From Klebsormidium nitens (Eukaryota; Plantae; Klebsormidiophyceae), in assembly GCA_000708835.1 (NCBI GenBank), contig DF236973.1, positions 62,001 through 126,000 of the forward strand: a stretch of DNA of 64,000 nt, written 5' to 3'. Positions 61,301 through 64,000 of this stretch are shown one piece after another. Every line of letters begins with the position of its first letter. Within the stretch, counting starts at the first letter, position 1. A model generated the notes under the pieces. The model made no database searches. It was not told the origin of the DNA and saw only the letters and a list, made by a program, of their open reading frames with translations. Both the position numbers and the translations under genes were made by a program.

Positions 61301-64000
61301 AAGTGGGCGGCCAGCACTAATCCGGACCCGCCCTCGTTGGGCAACGATTGGCGTCCCACTTCCATTTCCCCGCACCGGGAAGGTCTACGTGAGCCCAGTT
61401 GCGCGGTTCAAGATAGCTGCCTAACGTCAGCCGCTTTCTCTGACGGTGTCACGATGTGAAAGATCAGTTCGGCCACCCGTTTGAAGTCTGTGGATTTCTG
61501 CTTTTGAGTGCAGGGCTAGCTTCGGCGTCGGCCCCGACGAGCACGCGGCCGGCTGCCCGATCACGCACGTTCGATTCCTGGCCGCATTACCGGACCAGCC
61601 GCGCATCAGCCGCGCAGTGACGGCGGATGCCAAGGGGATCGTCATGCTGCACATCTTCAGCTCGGTATGCTGCGCCCCACCTTTTTCGGGCCCACATCAT
61701 CGTCCTTCAGATCAGCGATAGATGTCATCCAGAGAAATGACGATGGGGCTCGGCCCCTACATTGAGAAATCGATAGACGCCTGGGTCTCCGATTAGTCGT
61801 GTGAGTAGATTCTGCATGCACAAGCAGCGATTCTGTCTTCGTGCATTTCCGCGTCCCTGTATGCATTTCTTGAAGTCGGCTGTGTCCAAAATCCCAAGTG
61901 CTCCTCCGAGCCCGGGGTGCTCTTTGCTTTGCAGAAACCAATTCACTATCGCTCGAGGACAACTTCTGCCTCTTCAAACCCTTCATGGTTTGAAAGATAT
62001 CGTTGTTTTTGGGTAACGATTTTCACGCACCTTTGCCCGCCCAGGTACCTATTCTCCGCCGCTACACGGTGACCAGTCAGCGCCTCCTCGACGGCTCTCA
62101 AGCGATCGGCCCGGTCCTCGATCTCAAACCCCTCATCACTTCTGAGCCCTCCCACCCCCCTCCCACCCTCTCCCTTCCCGCTGGTGTGAACGCCCACCAA
62201 AACGAGCCGAGGGGCGTGTTAACACCGAGGACGTCCTACTCGGAAGTAGGCGCGCCGTCGCCAAAACCTGCGGGGACCCCCCCGGGGGAGAGGTCGGTGG
62301 GAAGGTTTGATAAGGGGCTCGATATGGGGCGGAAGGTGCTGGTGGATGCCGGACTGGACAAGAGCTTGGACATGGGCAGGTGAGCAAGGTTCCAGAAGGT
62401 TATGATAAAGATGGCGTCAAAGAGTCAATAAATTGTCCAGGTTGGGTGGCAAAAAAGCCAAGGTTACAGTAAAGGTTCAGGAGTTGCTGCAAACTTACCG
62501 TATGTGCAAGTGGTGGCAAACGGATGTGCGGCCGACGAGCTTCCCGGTCACTGGAGGAGGACCACGCTTTCAATGCCCTCTTAGACTTCGTGAAACCCCC
62601 AAGGTCTCGAAAGGCCTTGCACGTCCAATCCTTTGTGGAAGGCTTGATTCCTTGACGGTGTGAATGGCGGGTTTGGCGAGTTCAGATTCTTCCGAGGCAA
62701 AGAGACGGCAAAGTCGTGTGTCGTGCCTTTCCTTTGCATCAAGACAAAAAGGCTTGACTTACAAATTAAGGCGGGAAAACTCACTTTGTGATTGTTGTCA
62801 AGCTTCCTCCCACAATGTCACCACGCGCGTTGCGTTGCCAACACGAGCATCAGCAAGAATTTCTAACTCTGATGGCCGCTTTTTCGCTGTCAGGAAGTTT
62901 TTGTTCGACGCTGTGAACACGGCTGCCGACGCGGGCAAGGTGATTGCGGGGGCGGGTTCCGTGAAGGGCGTGGCGGAAGACCTGATCGAGAAGGGCCTGG
63001 TGGCCATGCTCACGGGATCCACCATTCTAGTTGCGCTGCTGGCCGAGAAAATGCAGGTGAGCAGTTTTCAGGGCCTTGTAAAGCTCGATATGCTGCACAT
63101 AAGCTGCATCTAATCGAACTTTTTCAAGGAGTGCTTTGTCGCCGCTCGAGACTGCGCGACCATCTATGTACATAGCTGCACCAAGGTTGTACAGTGTGAT
63201 TGCGCTCATCCCATCGGCTTGCAATATGCTTGGAAAGCCTGTTTATAACAACGAACACTCTTGACAAAGTAAGCCCAGACATAGTGGGTCTTCTTTTCGG
63301 CCGTCCTGACGCTCGCTTGTACTGCAACCCTGACGTGCGATATCACGGCTTATACGCGTCCGCCGTTCAGCCACAAATGCAACCGTTTCAGTTTCTGAAA
63401 TAAACACCATGTTTCTGCAGGTTCTCGTCCGCATGCCCCGTCCCGAGAGCGTCCGCGACGGCGCCGTCCCTTACTGCGCGTGGCGCAAGCCCCACCACTG
63501 GCCCGCGTTCCAAACCCCCGACACCCCGCCGCGCGTTTCCGAGTCCTCTTCCGACCCCGCGACTTCCCCCGCCCCTGAAGCTCCAAAAGTCTCCACGCTC
63601 GAAGAGGACCGCCTCCGGCGGCCTCCGCTGCTGGCCGTCGGATGGGATCGGACGGTCCTGATCTGCCGGCTCGGGCGGGGGGGGCTGAGGATCCTGTCCA
63701 GGTGGCAGCTGCAAGGGGATGCTGACGTCACGGGGATCACGTGGCTTGGGGATGACGTACTTGGGGTGCTGACGGGGCGCGAGGAGATGTGCGTGTACTG
63801 GGTGACGACGGGAGAGGAGATCGAACGGTTCATGATTGGGGTGACGGGGGGTGAAGAGGCAGCGGTCTCTCATTCGCACTACACAAGCAGCGCTGGCAGG
63901 TGAGAGGGAATTTCGTTCAGTACAGCTTCAATGATGAAAATATCCTCGTTGTATAGCTTTCGACATATTCATTGCCTGACCGTGATCCATACGCGGTAGC
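58358..64000 (+). CDS. VPS8: Vacuolar protein sorting 8 (CORVET subunit), 5' part; runs off the window end
   Basis: Acidic low-complexity first exon MDDADLSALLDELGSD..; then PQ|ALALHPSFIAVGLSRGGVL, LLLAGYADGTLILWDV, PITHVRFL..AVTADAKGIV, VPILRRYTVTSQRLLDG, GLVAML, PRPESVRDGAVPYCAWR, LLAVGWDR, VTGITWLGDDVLGVLT, all typical of the Vps8 WD40 region. Confidence 0.88.

Overview
Eukaryotic nuclear DNA with spliceosomal GT-AG introns, GC-rich exons and one 198-N gap. Gene content and intron style fit a streptophyte (charophyte) green alga, most like Klebsormidium; this is an inference. Most of the six-frame ORFs are exon fragments or shadow frames, so gene models were assembled by hand from splice sites and phase. 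Genes in order: 3' end of a secreted-type protein with repeated 6-Cys modules (+); conserved plastid-type protein of unknown function (-); plastid SufC (-) head-to-head with the cyclophilin/U-box protein PPIL2/CYP65 (+); a GC-rich orphan ORF (-); a secreted protein resembling bacterial PEP-CTERM proteins but ending in a 6-Cys module (+); ROCK1-type nucleotide-sugar transporter (-); small J-domain protein (+); Derlin (-) head-to-head with a bacterial-type DUF900 alpha/beta hydrolase (+); two LanC-like (GCR2/LanCL) paralogs (-) flanking an orphan membrane protein (+), the second paralog frameshifted; and the 5' part of Vps8 (+). Most notable: (1) a probable bacterial HGT gene whose sorting tail seems to be replaced by a knottin-like module also found in the first gene; (2) arrays of duplicated splice-acceptor/exon-start units in both LanCL genes and in an unrelated gene; (3) an exact 18-bp motif shared by two divergent promoters; (4) two small foldback/MITE-like insertions, one with an empty site in the paralog. 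Family assignments come from motif recognition from memory; no database search was run.
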